A stretch of DNA of 32,412 nt, from positions 1 to 32,412 of the forward strand of contig CAZYXQ010000002.1 of assembly GCA_964651235.1 (NCBI GenBank), given 5' to 3'. The translations under genes and the position numbers were made by a program. Below are positions 17,912 through 24,395 of this stretch, piece by piece (the first letter of the stretch is position 1; each line of letters begins with the position of its first letter). The stretch comes from an uncultured Gammaproteobacteria bacterium. GTDB taxonomy: Bacteria; Patescibacteriota; Microgenomatia; UBA1406; GWC2-37-13. The notes below the pieces were generated by a model. It worked only from the letters and a program-made list of their open reading frames with translations, was not told where the DNA came from and made no database searches.

Positions 17912-18592
17912 TTATACATCATCTTTAAACGTCTGGGGTTTTCTTAGGTTTGTACCTAATCCGAGTAACACATTAACCCCATTCATCACGCCAAGCTTTC
18001 CCATAGCCATTACCACTCCGTATCGGGGAACATCATACTTCCAGAAAAAGAAGTCCTTTCCGAATAACTTATCAGTCGCTATTTTAATTGATTCAAAAGA
18101 AAGCGTCGTATCAATATCTATCTGAAACTGAGGACAAAAATCCCGGTATTTTTGAGTAGAATACAGAACTAATTCTATCTTTGTTAACGACCGGTCAGTC
18201 TTGTGCCTTATAAAAAACCAACGGTTATGAGAAACATCGCCGGAATCCTCTTCAACCAACTCGAACTCAGATGATAGGTTCTTTTTAAACATTGTTATTT
18301 CAGAATCATAATCTGGTAATAAGTACCCAAATCCTATGTGATTAATTTTTGTAATACTAGCCTCCATATCATGTAGTAGACGAAAGTATTGATCAAAAAT
18401 ATTCCATTCCCGCTCTGAATTGCCTTTTTGTTTGACTAACATATCAACTCCAAAACAATCTATTCTAGAGTCTTCTATGATCAGATATGAATATTGTTTG
18501 TCCTTTAATTGCAATCGGGATTCTGTAAAGAACCAATTCTTTGGAATAAAGGAAAGATCGCGATGCTTATAAAGAAATTTAAAAATTGACAT
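17912..18592 (-). CDS. Hypothetical protein (226 aa); faint VOC/glyoxalase-like pattern
   Basis: Long ORF 9 nt downstream of the GNAT gene on the same strand. The only suggestive patterns are INHIGFGY...ELVL...QIDIDT. No confident family assignment. Confidence 0.5.
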   Translation of the reverse strand: MSIFKFLYKHRDLSFIPKNWFFTESRLQLKDKQYSYLIIEDSRIDCFGVDMLVKQKGNSEREWNIFDQYFRLLHDMEASITKINHIGFGYLLPDYDSEITMFKKNLSSEFELVEEDSGDVSHNRWFFIRHKTDRSLTKIELVLYSTQKYRDFCPQFQIDIDTTLSFESIKIATDKLFGKDFFFWKYDVPRYGVVMAMGKLGVMNGVNVLLGLGTNLRKPQTFKDDV

Positions 18593-18601
18593 ACTAATTT
18601 T

Positions 18602-19051
18602 TTATTGATGAAAATGTGTATTTCGTTTTAATAGCATTCTCGGTTGTCCATCACCGTAATAGTCGTCTTTCCAACCGTATATAATGAAACCGAATTTAAG
18701 ATACAGTATAATTGCCGGAGTATTCTTAGGATGAGTCACTAAACGGATCTCTTTCCCATTAAGCATATTTAAAATCTGAGTTAACATATCTTTTGCGATG
18801 CCTTTTTTTTGATATGCAGGAATAACTGCTAAAGACATTATTTCAACATATCCTTGTTTTATTTGATACCCAATTAGTCCTACTGTTGTATTATCCTCAT
18901 ATGCAATATATACCTCTGAATTTTTTAGGTAATCCACTTCTTCCTTAACAGATCTAGCTTTTAAATCAAATTCCCTATTAAATGCCTCGTTGTCAATAAA
19001 AAACAATTCATTACCCGCTACGTTAGGATCAACTTTTTTTAGTATCATCAC
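18602..19051 (-). CDS. GNAT-family N-acetyltransferase
   Basis: Motif A LAVIPAYQKKGIAKDMLTQIL and motif B YLKFGF, with a length typical of RimI-like GNATs. Confidence 0.85.
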   Translation of the reverse strand: MMILKKVDPNVAGNELFFIDNEAFNREFDLKARSVKEEVDYLKNSEVYIAYEDNTTVGLIGYQIKQGYVEIMSLAVIPAYQKKGIAKDMLTQILNMLNGKEIRLVTHPKNTPAIILYLKFGFIIYGWKDDYYGDGQPRMLLKRNTHFHQ

Positions 19052-19143
19052 CTAATTGTATCGCAATTAAAACGTGTTTTCATGGCTAACTCTCCCTTCA
19101 ATTATTTGATATACTATATAAGCAAATTTATTTCTTTTATTTC

Positions 19144-19273
19144 GCGCGTTGGCGAAGTGCTACAGCACTGAGCGAATTGGAACGCTTGAAATATCAGTTG
19201 GCGCGTTGGCGAAGTGCTACAGCACTGAGCGAATTGGAACGCTTGAAATATCAGTTGGCGCGTTGGCGAAGTG
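19144..19273 (+). repeat. Perfect 57-bp tandem repeat (2.3 copies) running into tRNA-Cys
   Basis: 19144-19200 and 19201-19257 are identical. The third copy (19258-19273) is the 5' end of the tRNA. Each unit is the first 17 nt of the tRNA (GGCGCGTTGGCGAAGTG) plus 40 nt (CTACAGCACTGAGCGAATTGGAACGCTTGAAATATCAGTT). Confidence 0.95.
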
Positions 19274-19329
19274 GAAACGCGGGAGTCTGCAAAACTTCTA
19301 CTGCGCCGGTTCGATTCCGGCACGCGCCT
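19257..19329 (+). tRNA. tRNA-Cys (GCA)
   Basis: Acceptor GGCGCGT/ACGCGCC. Anticodon stem GGAGT/ACTTC with loop CTGCAAA. T-arm GCCGG-TTCGATT-CCGGC. Discriminator U73 and an A13-A22 D-stem mismatch are both typical of bacterial tRNA-Cys. CCA is not encoded. Confidence 0.9.
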
Positions 19330-19333
19330 CACT

Positions 19334-19371
19334 ACAGTTTCTTGACGAATGCAATGAGTCTTAGAAACTGT
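19334..19371 (+). other. 9-bp perfect hairpin at the start of a GC-enriched spacer between tRNA-Cys and tRNA-Ser
   Basis: ACAGTTTCT (19334-19342) pairs with AGAAACTGT (19363-19371), enclosing a 20-nt loop with an inner GAC/GTC pair. There is no T-run after it. Confidence 0.5.
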
Positions 19372-19454
19372 GTGCCCGCCAACAGACGGTCTTTGAGCCG
19401 CGCTACGAATAATAGGTAAGGCGAAAAGTAAGTTGTGGAGGGCAAACTTAAATA

Positions 19455-19544
19455 GGAGGGGTCGCATAGTGGACTAGTGCGTTAGTCTTGAAAACTAATG
19501 TGGGCGCAAGCCTACCGCGAGTTCGAATCTCGCCCCCTCCGCCA
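19455..19544 (+). tRNA. tRNA-Ser (UGA)
   Basis: Acceptor GGAGGGG/CCCCTCC. Anticodon loop CTTGAAA. A long variable arm (TGTGGGCGCAAGCCTACC) marks it as a class II tRNA. T-arm GCGAG-TTCGAAT-CTCGC. G73 and CCA are encoded. Confidence 0.92.
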
Positions 19545-19593
19545 AGTTAAACCAATTTGATTCAGGTGTTTCACTTTATAAATACACTATTGC

Positions 19594-19920
19594 ATGAAAG
19601 ATCAAAATACTCCTACACCTCAAGAAAATGCCTTAACACTTGAATTAAACAAACGGGGAATTTTTGTACATCAACAGTATTTTGATGGTTATAAACATAT
19701 AGATTTATACTTACCGGATGCACGAATTAACATAGAAGTAGATGGCCTACAACATCTTATCAATCCAAAACGCATAGTGGAAGATTTCCACAGGGAATAC
19801 CATGCAGATATTAATGGTTACCACAATATACATATAACAAATGGAACCCTAATGCATCATTTGAATGAAATTGCTGATGCTATCGCAGAAGTAGTAAAAC
19901 AAAAATTATTGATAACATAA
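19594..19920 (+). CDS. DUF559/Vsr-like (restriction-endonuclease-fold) small nuclease domain protein
   Basis: HIDLYLPDARINIEVDGLQH...YHNIHITN matches the D...(E/Q)xDG.xH core of DUF559-type proteins. 108 aa. Confidence 0.6.
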   Translation: MKDQNTPTPQENALTLELNKRGIFVHQQYFDGYKHIDLYLPDARINIEVDGLQHLINPKRIVEDFHREYHADINGYHNIHITNGTLMHHLNEIADAIAEVVKQKLLIT

Positions 19921-19979
19921 GTTCCAACTCTTTGCTGTGTGACCCCCACAATTGTTTTTAATGTTAATATAATTTGTAT

Positions 19980-20210
19980 ATGAAAAATACATTATTTTAT
20001 GTTTTTATTGGATTAATAGTCATCAACATTTTTGTTAATGGTTTAATGAATTTTATCAATTTGGTCTTAGCTGGTATTTTACTCAGAATTCTTACGGAAA
20101 AAGAAAAAAGTGGAAGCTTTTCAACGTGGAAATTGATCTTGGGGATTGGAATAACTGTTTGTAATCTTTTAGTTAGGTTGGCAATAATGTCCGGATTAAT
20201 TCAAATCTAA
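19980..20210 (+). CDS. Small membrane protein (two predicted helices)
   Basis: MKNTLFYVFIGLIVINIFVNG... plus a second hydrophobic helix. TATAAT (19968-19973) lies 6 nt upstream of ATG 19980. No homology recognised. Confidence 0.45.
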   Translation: MKNTLFYVFIGLIVINIFVNGLMNFINLVLAGILLRILTEKEKSGSFSTWKLILGIGITVCNLLVRLAIMSGLIQI

Positions 20211-20250
20211 GTACTAACTTGTCCCGAACCTAATTTTTTTGTCAGATTTT

Positions 20251-20505
20251 TTACTTCTTTAATATCGCATTCATATCAAGTTCCAAACTATTGAAGCGTT
20301 CCTTTAAAAAACTGAGTGAGTCTCCGACTCCTTTATTGTAGATATCCGCTCCAATTGTTTGGAGCATGAAGTCAAGTATTTCTTCAGCAGCAACAACACC
20401 GATTTTTTCGCTCCGTTCACATTCAAAATAATTGATGATATCCGTGATGATTATTTTTCTTCTCTCATAACTGAGAACATCCCAGGCACGTTTTACTGTT
20501 GTCAT
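20251..20505 (-). CDS. DUF2164-like small protein
   Basis: 84 aa. IINYFECERSEKIGVVAAEEILDFMLQTIGADIYNKGVGDS resembles the DUF2164 core (...yF.ee...eiG.l.ae.lLdFf...iG..iYN.g..Da). Confidence 0.55.
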   Translation of the reverse strand: MTTVKRAWDVLSYERRKIIITDIINYFECERSEKIGVVAAEEILDFMLQTIGADIYNKGVGDSLSFLKERFNSLELDMNAILKK

Positions 20506-20588
20506 ACTTTTTATTGTATCACGTAAAGAATACTACAGTTTTTTATTAAACCGCGTCTTCCCAAAGACAATTTTGCTACAATAAGTGT

Positions 20589-21296
20589 ATGTATTCAGAT
20601 GTTCCCCATCATATAAAAAACATGCTTCAGGGAGAACCGGTTGATTTTATTGTCCAATCTTCACAAGACTTAAAAAAGAAAAAAATCGGTTTTGTACTTG
20701 TTCTGTTACTTATACCGTTTTCAGGTATTTTAACCATGCCTATCATGTTTATGTTCCCGCTTTTTGAAATGCTCAGTACGGGAAAAACTAGAATAACAGT
20801 AAATGGAGTACCGCAAACATACACAGGTGCAAATTTTCTCATGCCTCTGTTTTTCGCACTCTTTCCGTTTTTAATCGCTTTGATATTTATCATTCCGTTG
20901 GTTGGACTACTTCTTAAAGCAATCCAGTATATACGCAAAAAGGGAGCTTGGTATGCGGGAACCAATAAAAACCTCATAGAAATAAACGAAGATAGTAGTA
21001 AATATTATCATTGGGAAGATTTTGAAAATCAAATTACCTCAAAAACCCATAAAGACGGTATCATGGATATTATTCTGACTCTAAAACATAGTACTTCATT
21101 ACCTCTTCAATCTCAAACGCCGCCATTACAAAACAATAATATCCACATTTCTGGTACAAGTAACGCTATTGATCTCACTCCTTTTCTTAATATGTTATTT
21201 ATGTCTCATAATCAAATAGGATTGATTAAAATTCCAAATGGCTCCTATATTCTGAATCTTATTCGGCATAATATGGAACGGTATGTTAAAACTTAA
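20589..21296 (+). CDS. Membrane protein with two TM helices and a possible YdbS-like bacterial PH domain
   Basis: Two long hydrophobic segments followed by KKGAWYAGTNKNLIEINEDS..., which resembles the TN.RLI strand of bPH_2 domains. Extended -10 TGcTACAAT (20574-20582) lies 6 nt before the ATG. Confidence 0.45.
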   Translation: MYSDVPHHIKNMLQGEPVDFIVQSSQDLKKKKIGFVLVLLLIPFSGILTMPIMFMFPLFEMLSTGKTRITVNGVPQTYTGANFLMPLFFALFPFLIALIFIIPLVGLLLKAIQYIRKKGAWYAGTNKNLIEINEDSSKYYHWEDFENQITSKTHKDGIMDIILTLKHSTSLPLQSQTPPLQNNNIHISGTSNAIDLTPFLNMLFMSHNQIGLIKIPNGSYILNLIRHNMERYVKT

Positions 21297-21375
21297 CATA
21301 TTACCAATTAATATTGATATAGTTATTTGTGGTGTTCTTTAGATAATAAAGTAGTTATCCATTCATACTTATCCT

Positions 21376-21900
21376 ATGCTAATCGGTATCATGTCAGATA
21401 CACACGACAGACTTGAGAATGTTGCAAAAGCAATTTTACTTTTTCAACAAAAAAAAGCTGAACTTATCATACATTGCGGAGACTGGGTTTCACCGTTTGT
21501 TCCCCAATATATGTATTCCCTTAACCCCAAATTAACTATTCCCATAAAGTCAGTATTCGGCAATAACGAAGGAGATCACTACCGGTTTTTTGAGCGGAAA
21601 GAAAAAGAGAGATGGAATATCGAATTTTATAAGGAGGTGCTTGAACTGGAGCTTCAAGGAAAAAAAATAGCGGTATATCATGGTTCACACAAAGCACTCA
21701 CTCAATCACTTATCTTGTCAAAAAAATATGACGCAGTCTTTACCGGTCACACACATGAATCAGTAAATGAAACAATTGATGGAATTCTCCATATTAATCC
21801 CGGAAGTGTATGCGGGTATGCATGGGGAAAAATCATGGATAATGCATCGGTTGCATTATATGATTCTGAAAAAAATACTGCACAAATCCTTTCTCTTTAA
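21376..21900 (+). CDS. Metallophosphoesterase, YfcE/MJ0936 family
   Basis: MSDTHD, HCGDW, GNNEGD, GHTHE and INPGS form the canonical calcineurin-like phosphoesterase motif series in a 174-aa protein. Confidence 0.88.
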   Translation: MLIGIMSDTHDRLENVAKAILLFQQKKAELIIHCGDWVSPFVPQYMYSLNPKLTIPIKSVFGNNEGDHYRFFERKEKERWNIEFYKEVLELELQGKKIAVYHGSHKALTQSLILSKKYDAVFTGHTHESVNETIDGILHINPGSVCGYAWGKIMDNASVALYDSEKNTAQILSL

Positions 21901-21901
21901 T

Positions 21902-22207
21902 TTAGGAGAAATGACTTACCACATAGATATATTTTAAGTCTTCATCGGCTTCATTTTGTATATTGTGTTTTTTGTGAGGAGGAATATATATCATTGATCC
22001 GGCTTCCGCATATTCTTTTACTCCTTCGATAGTAACTGTTGCTTCTCCCTCAACAATATATAAAACCTCTTCCTTATTATCAGTTACATGCTCCCCTATC
22101 TCATCTCCTTTATGAAGGAGGACATAACCCGACTTAATATTGTTGCTAACCGGCGGCTTCAACCACGATGCGTGAGATTCTGCAGTTTTTATATGGGATG
22201 TATGCAT
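21902..22207 (-). CDS. Cupin-domain protein
   Basis: GDEIGEHVT...EEVLYIVEGEATVTIEG...AGSMIYIPPHKKHNIQN matches cupin motifs 1 and 2. 101 aa. Confidence 0.8.
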   Translation of the reverse strand: MHTSHIKTAESHASWLKPPVSNNIKSGYVLLHKGDEIGEHVTDNKEEVLYIVEGEATVTIEGVKEYAEAGSMIYIPPHKKHNIQNEADEDLKYIYVVSHFS

Positions 22208-22246
22208 ATCTTTATAAAACTAGTAATGTTTTATAATTGTATCAGT

Positions 22247-22735
22247 ATGAAGACAAAAACGGAAACATCAGCAGGAGGTATAGTATATAAAAAATTCAAA
22301 ATTCAAAATTCAAAATTCAAAACTGAGTGGCTGGTGTGTAAACATTCATATTTGCATAAATGGGTATTTCCAAAAGGATTAGTAGGTGATAAAACAAGTG
22401 ATGAGCACATGGAACAAGCTGCGCTTCGAGAAGTTGACGAAGAAGGAGGTGTAAAGGCAAGAATAGTCTATCCCAAACCTCTTGTCGCAACCTATACATA
22501 TCAATGGCAAGGATCCCCTCACGGCAAAAAAAGTGTTGAAAAATTCCTGGTATATAAAACCGTACATTATTTTCTGATGGAGTATATCTCAGGTGATCCA
22601 AAAAATCATGACTGGGAGATGGAAGAGGCAAAATTCGCAGATCAGGATGAAGTGATGAAGCTCCTATCCCACGAATCTGAAAAACGAGTATTTAAAAAAG
22701 CAATCCAAATATTCGAGTCTTTAAATAAGGATTAA
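22247..22735 (+). CDS. NUDIX hydrolase
   Basis: SAGGIVYKK...WVFPKGLVGDKTSDEHMEQAALREVDEEGGV is a Nudix box with a short insertion. ATG 22247 is chosen because the track's extension (22088) is antisense to the cupin gene. Confidence 0.8.
   Translation: MKTKTETSAGGIVYKKFKIQNSKFKTEWLVCKHSYLHKWVFPKGLVGDKTSDEHMEQAALREVDEEGGVKARIVYPKPLVATYTYQWQGSPHGKKSVEKFLVYKTVHYFLMEYISGDPKNHDWEMEEAKFADQDEVMKLLSHESEKRVFKKAIQIFESLNKD
22291..22318 (+). repeat. Heptanucleotide tandem repeat (AAAATTC)x4, plus one imperfect unit to 22325, inside the NUDIX CDS
   Basis: Read directly: four perfect AAAATTC units at 22291, 22298, 22305 and 22312, then AAAACTG. Confidence 0.95.
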
Positions 22736-22738
22736 TAA

Positions 22739-22813
22739 TGGAGCGGGCGAAGGGAATTGAACCCTCTGTCTTCTCCTTGGCAAGGAGACATTTTACCGGT
22801 AAACTACGCCCGC
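22739..22813 (-). tRNA. tRNA-Gly (GCC)
   Basis: Reverse complement: acceptor GCGGGCG/CGCCCGC, anticodon stem TCTCC/GGAGA with loop TTGCCAA, T-arm GAGGG-TTCAATT-CCCTT, U73 and encoded CCA. Confidence 0.92.
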
Positions 22814-22906
22814 TGTAAGTGAAGACAGTATATCAATTAATGATTATTCCTGCAAGAATATCGCTTTATTCTATTACTTTATATTACCTGCTTCGTTAGT
22901 ATTTAA

Positions 22907-23905
22907 TCAACCTAGTAGTTTTTTTAACCATCCTCTGATACCACCTCCCCCTACCCCTGATTTTTGTGTTTTCTTTGGTATTGCCTCCTTTTGCTTGTCA
23001 GCTTCCTGTTGTATTGTCGCAACCTGCATTGCGGTTTCAAGTTGATTTAACCACTCTTGCTTATGATGGTGTAAAAATTCATCTTCAGGTAAACCAGCTT
23101 TTGCAGCAAGCTTTGCCAAAATTGCTCCTGTCGGAGGAATATAGTCTTCTTCTGTTGGAATATTACCCCGCTTTATTGCTTCCACAAGACGCATATCTAC
23201 TTTTCCCGGTTCTCTTTCAATAACCTCACCTGGTTTATATTGAGGAAACGCTCTTCTTCTTATGTCTTCCTTTGCCATTTTTTCCCAATGTGCGTAATGA
23301 AATTCTCGCACCTGATCTTCGGTCAGGTTTAATTCCTGGGCAATTTCTGCTACTCTCTGAGGTGTCAAAGCAGTATATTCATAATCGTCTATTGAGGGTG
23401 CTTTCGTTGGTCCTTCAGGCGCAGTAGTTAATACCTTACCTTCATCGGGCGATTTACCTCTCCTTAGACCTTCTGCATAAGGAGAGCGTGGTCCGGGATC
23501 TACCAAATTTAACTCTGCCATAATTTGTTCGGCCATTCCTTGAGGCATTGTATCGGTGAATTGGGGAGGTTGTTTAGGATACACTCTTTCGATCAAACCA
23601 CCATTTTCATTTTGTAATGGTTTTCCATCTTTTCCAATTACATATCTGCCCCCATGTGCTTTCCACCAGGCTTCTCTTTCTCTTTGAAATCGTTTTAAAT
23701 CTTTAATTTGATCCTCTTGTAAAACACGGATTTGTTCTCCTGTTCTCGTTCTACCTCTTATTTTTGAAGGTTGGATAATATCTTCAGGGTGATTTTGTAA
23801 CCAATCTTGAAAACTTCTTGTAGCCGCATCTCTTGTTGCATCTGGCAACATATCTTTTCGAGTTCTATTATCTACCGGTTTTACCGGTTGTGGTGTTTCT
23901 GACAT
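22907..23905 (-). CDS. Hypothetical charged protein (332 aa) with repeated helix motifs and a C-terminal G-rich segment plus amphipathic tail
   Basis: Long uninterrupted ORF rich in P/E/Q/R/K/G. Three related segments: MAEQIMAELNLVDPG, VAEIAQELNLTEDQVREFHYAHW, ILAKLAAKAGLPEDEFLHHHKQEW. The tail is SGVGGGGIRGWLKKLLG. No family recognised. Confidence 0.6.
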   Translation of the reverse strand: MSETPQPVKPVDNRTRKDMLPDATRDAATRSFQDWLQNHPEDIIQPSKIRGRTRTGEQIRVLQEDQIKDLKRFQREREAWWKAHGGRYVIGKDGKPLQNENGGLIERVYPKQPPQFTDTMPQGMAEQIMAELNLVDPGPRSPYAEGLRRGKSPDEGKVLTTAPEGPTKAPSIDDYEYTALTPQRVAEIAQELNLTEDQVREFHYAHWEKMAKEDIRRRAFPQYKPGEVIEREPGKVDMRLVEAIKRGNIPTEEDYIPPTGAILAKLAAKAGLPEDEFLHHHKQEWLNQLETAMQVATIQQEADKQKEAIPKKTQKSGVGGGGIRGWLKKLLG

Positions 23906-24006
23906 AAGTAATATATATGAATAAAATAATATCTTCCCACAGACTACACTATTTAAAACAAAAATAAAAGAGGTAAAGCAAACGGCTGTGTGAAATGGGA
24001 AAGAAG

Positions 24007-24079
24007 TGCTGAGAGCGTGAGTCGAACACGCATCTGAGGTTTTTCAGACCCCCGCCGTGACCACCTTGGCTATCTCAGC
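24007..24079 (-). tRNA. tRNA-Phe (GAA)
   Basis: Reverse complement: acceptor GCTGAGA/TCTCAGC, anticodon stem GGGGT/ACCTC with loop CTGAAAA, T-arm GCGTG-TTCGACT-CACGC, A73. CCA is not encoded. Confidence 0.92.
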
Positions 24080-24101
24080 ATAGATTATATTATACCTTAT
24101 G

Positions 24102-24173
24102 TGCGCCCACTTGGATTCGGACCAAGGACATCTACTTTATAAGAGTAGCGCTCTACCACTGAGCTATAGGCGC
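24102..24173 (-). tRNA. tRNA-Ile (UAU anticodon)
   Basis: Reverse complement: GCGCCTA-TA-GCTC-AGTGGTA-GAGC-G-CTACT-CTTATAA-AGTAG-ATGTC-CTTGG-TCCGAAT-CCAAG-TGGGCGC-A. The cloverleaf is clean and the anticodon is TAT. The T-loop reads TCCGAAT (C at position 55). CCA is not encoded. Confidence 0.8.
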
Positions 24174-24222
24174 GAATTATCCGCTTCTTATTATACAAAA
24201 TAATATTCCTGATTTTTATATC

Positions 24223-24296
24223 TGGTGGACCTAGCCGGAATTGAACCGGCGACTCGTCAATGCGAATGACGCGGTATACCACTTAACTATAGGCCC
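24223..24296 (-). tRNA. tRNA-Ala (CGC)
   Basis: Reverse complement: acceptor GGGCCTA/TAGGTCC with the G3-U70 alanine identity pair, anticodon stem CGTCA/TGACG with loop TTCGCAT, T-arm GCCGG-TTCAATT-CCGGC, A73 and encoded CCA. The D-stem has one mismatch. Confidence 0.88.
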
Positions 24297-24304
24297 TCTT
24301 TGTG

Positions 24305-24376
24305 TGTCTCCGGGGAGAATTGAACTCCCATCATGGGTTCCGGAAACCCACATTCTATCCGTTGAACTACAGAGAC
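24305..24376 (-). tRNA. tRNA-Arg (CCG)
   Basis: Reverse complement: acceptor GTCTCTG/CGGAGAC, anticodon stem TGGGT/ACCCA with loop TTCCGGA, T-arm GGGAG-TTCAATT-CTCCC, A73. CCA is not encoded. Confidence 0.9.
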
Positions 24377-24395
24377 ATAAATTCGTACTTACGAT

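Noticed and set aside
17912-19051. GNAT toxin-antitoxin module
   Set aside because: The partner gene is downstream, 226 aa long and not RHH/HTH-like. The architecture does not fit TacAT- or AtaRT-type systems.
19144-19273. Possible CRISPR array
   Set aside because: The units are directly abutting and identical over their full 57 bp. There are no unique spacers and no cas genes.
19372-19454. SRP (4.5S) RNA or a tRNA pseudogene in the Cys-Ser spacer
   Set aside because: There is no GGAA/GNRA-capped helix-8 motif with the conserved AGCA/GGAA loops, no T-loop (GTTCRANNC), and no acceptor pairing on either strand. It is kept only as an unclassified candidate.
19114-19467. 117-aa minus-strand ORF (and the plus-strand ORFs 19149-19364 and 19177-19419) with an internally repeated peptide
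   Set aside because: These ORFs lie entirely over the 57-bp tandem repeat, tRNA-Cys and the structured spacer. The repeated peptide is just the translated DNA repeat, so it is not a gene.
22739-24376. Integrated mobile element or genomic island bounded by tRNA-Gly and the tRNA-Phe cluster
   Set aside because: There is no integrase, recombinase or transposase ORF. I could find no direct repeat of a tRNA 3' end in 22814-22906 or 23906-24006. Only the composition of one gene is mildly atypical.
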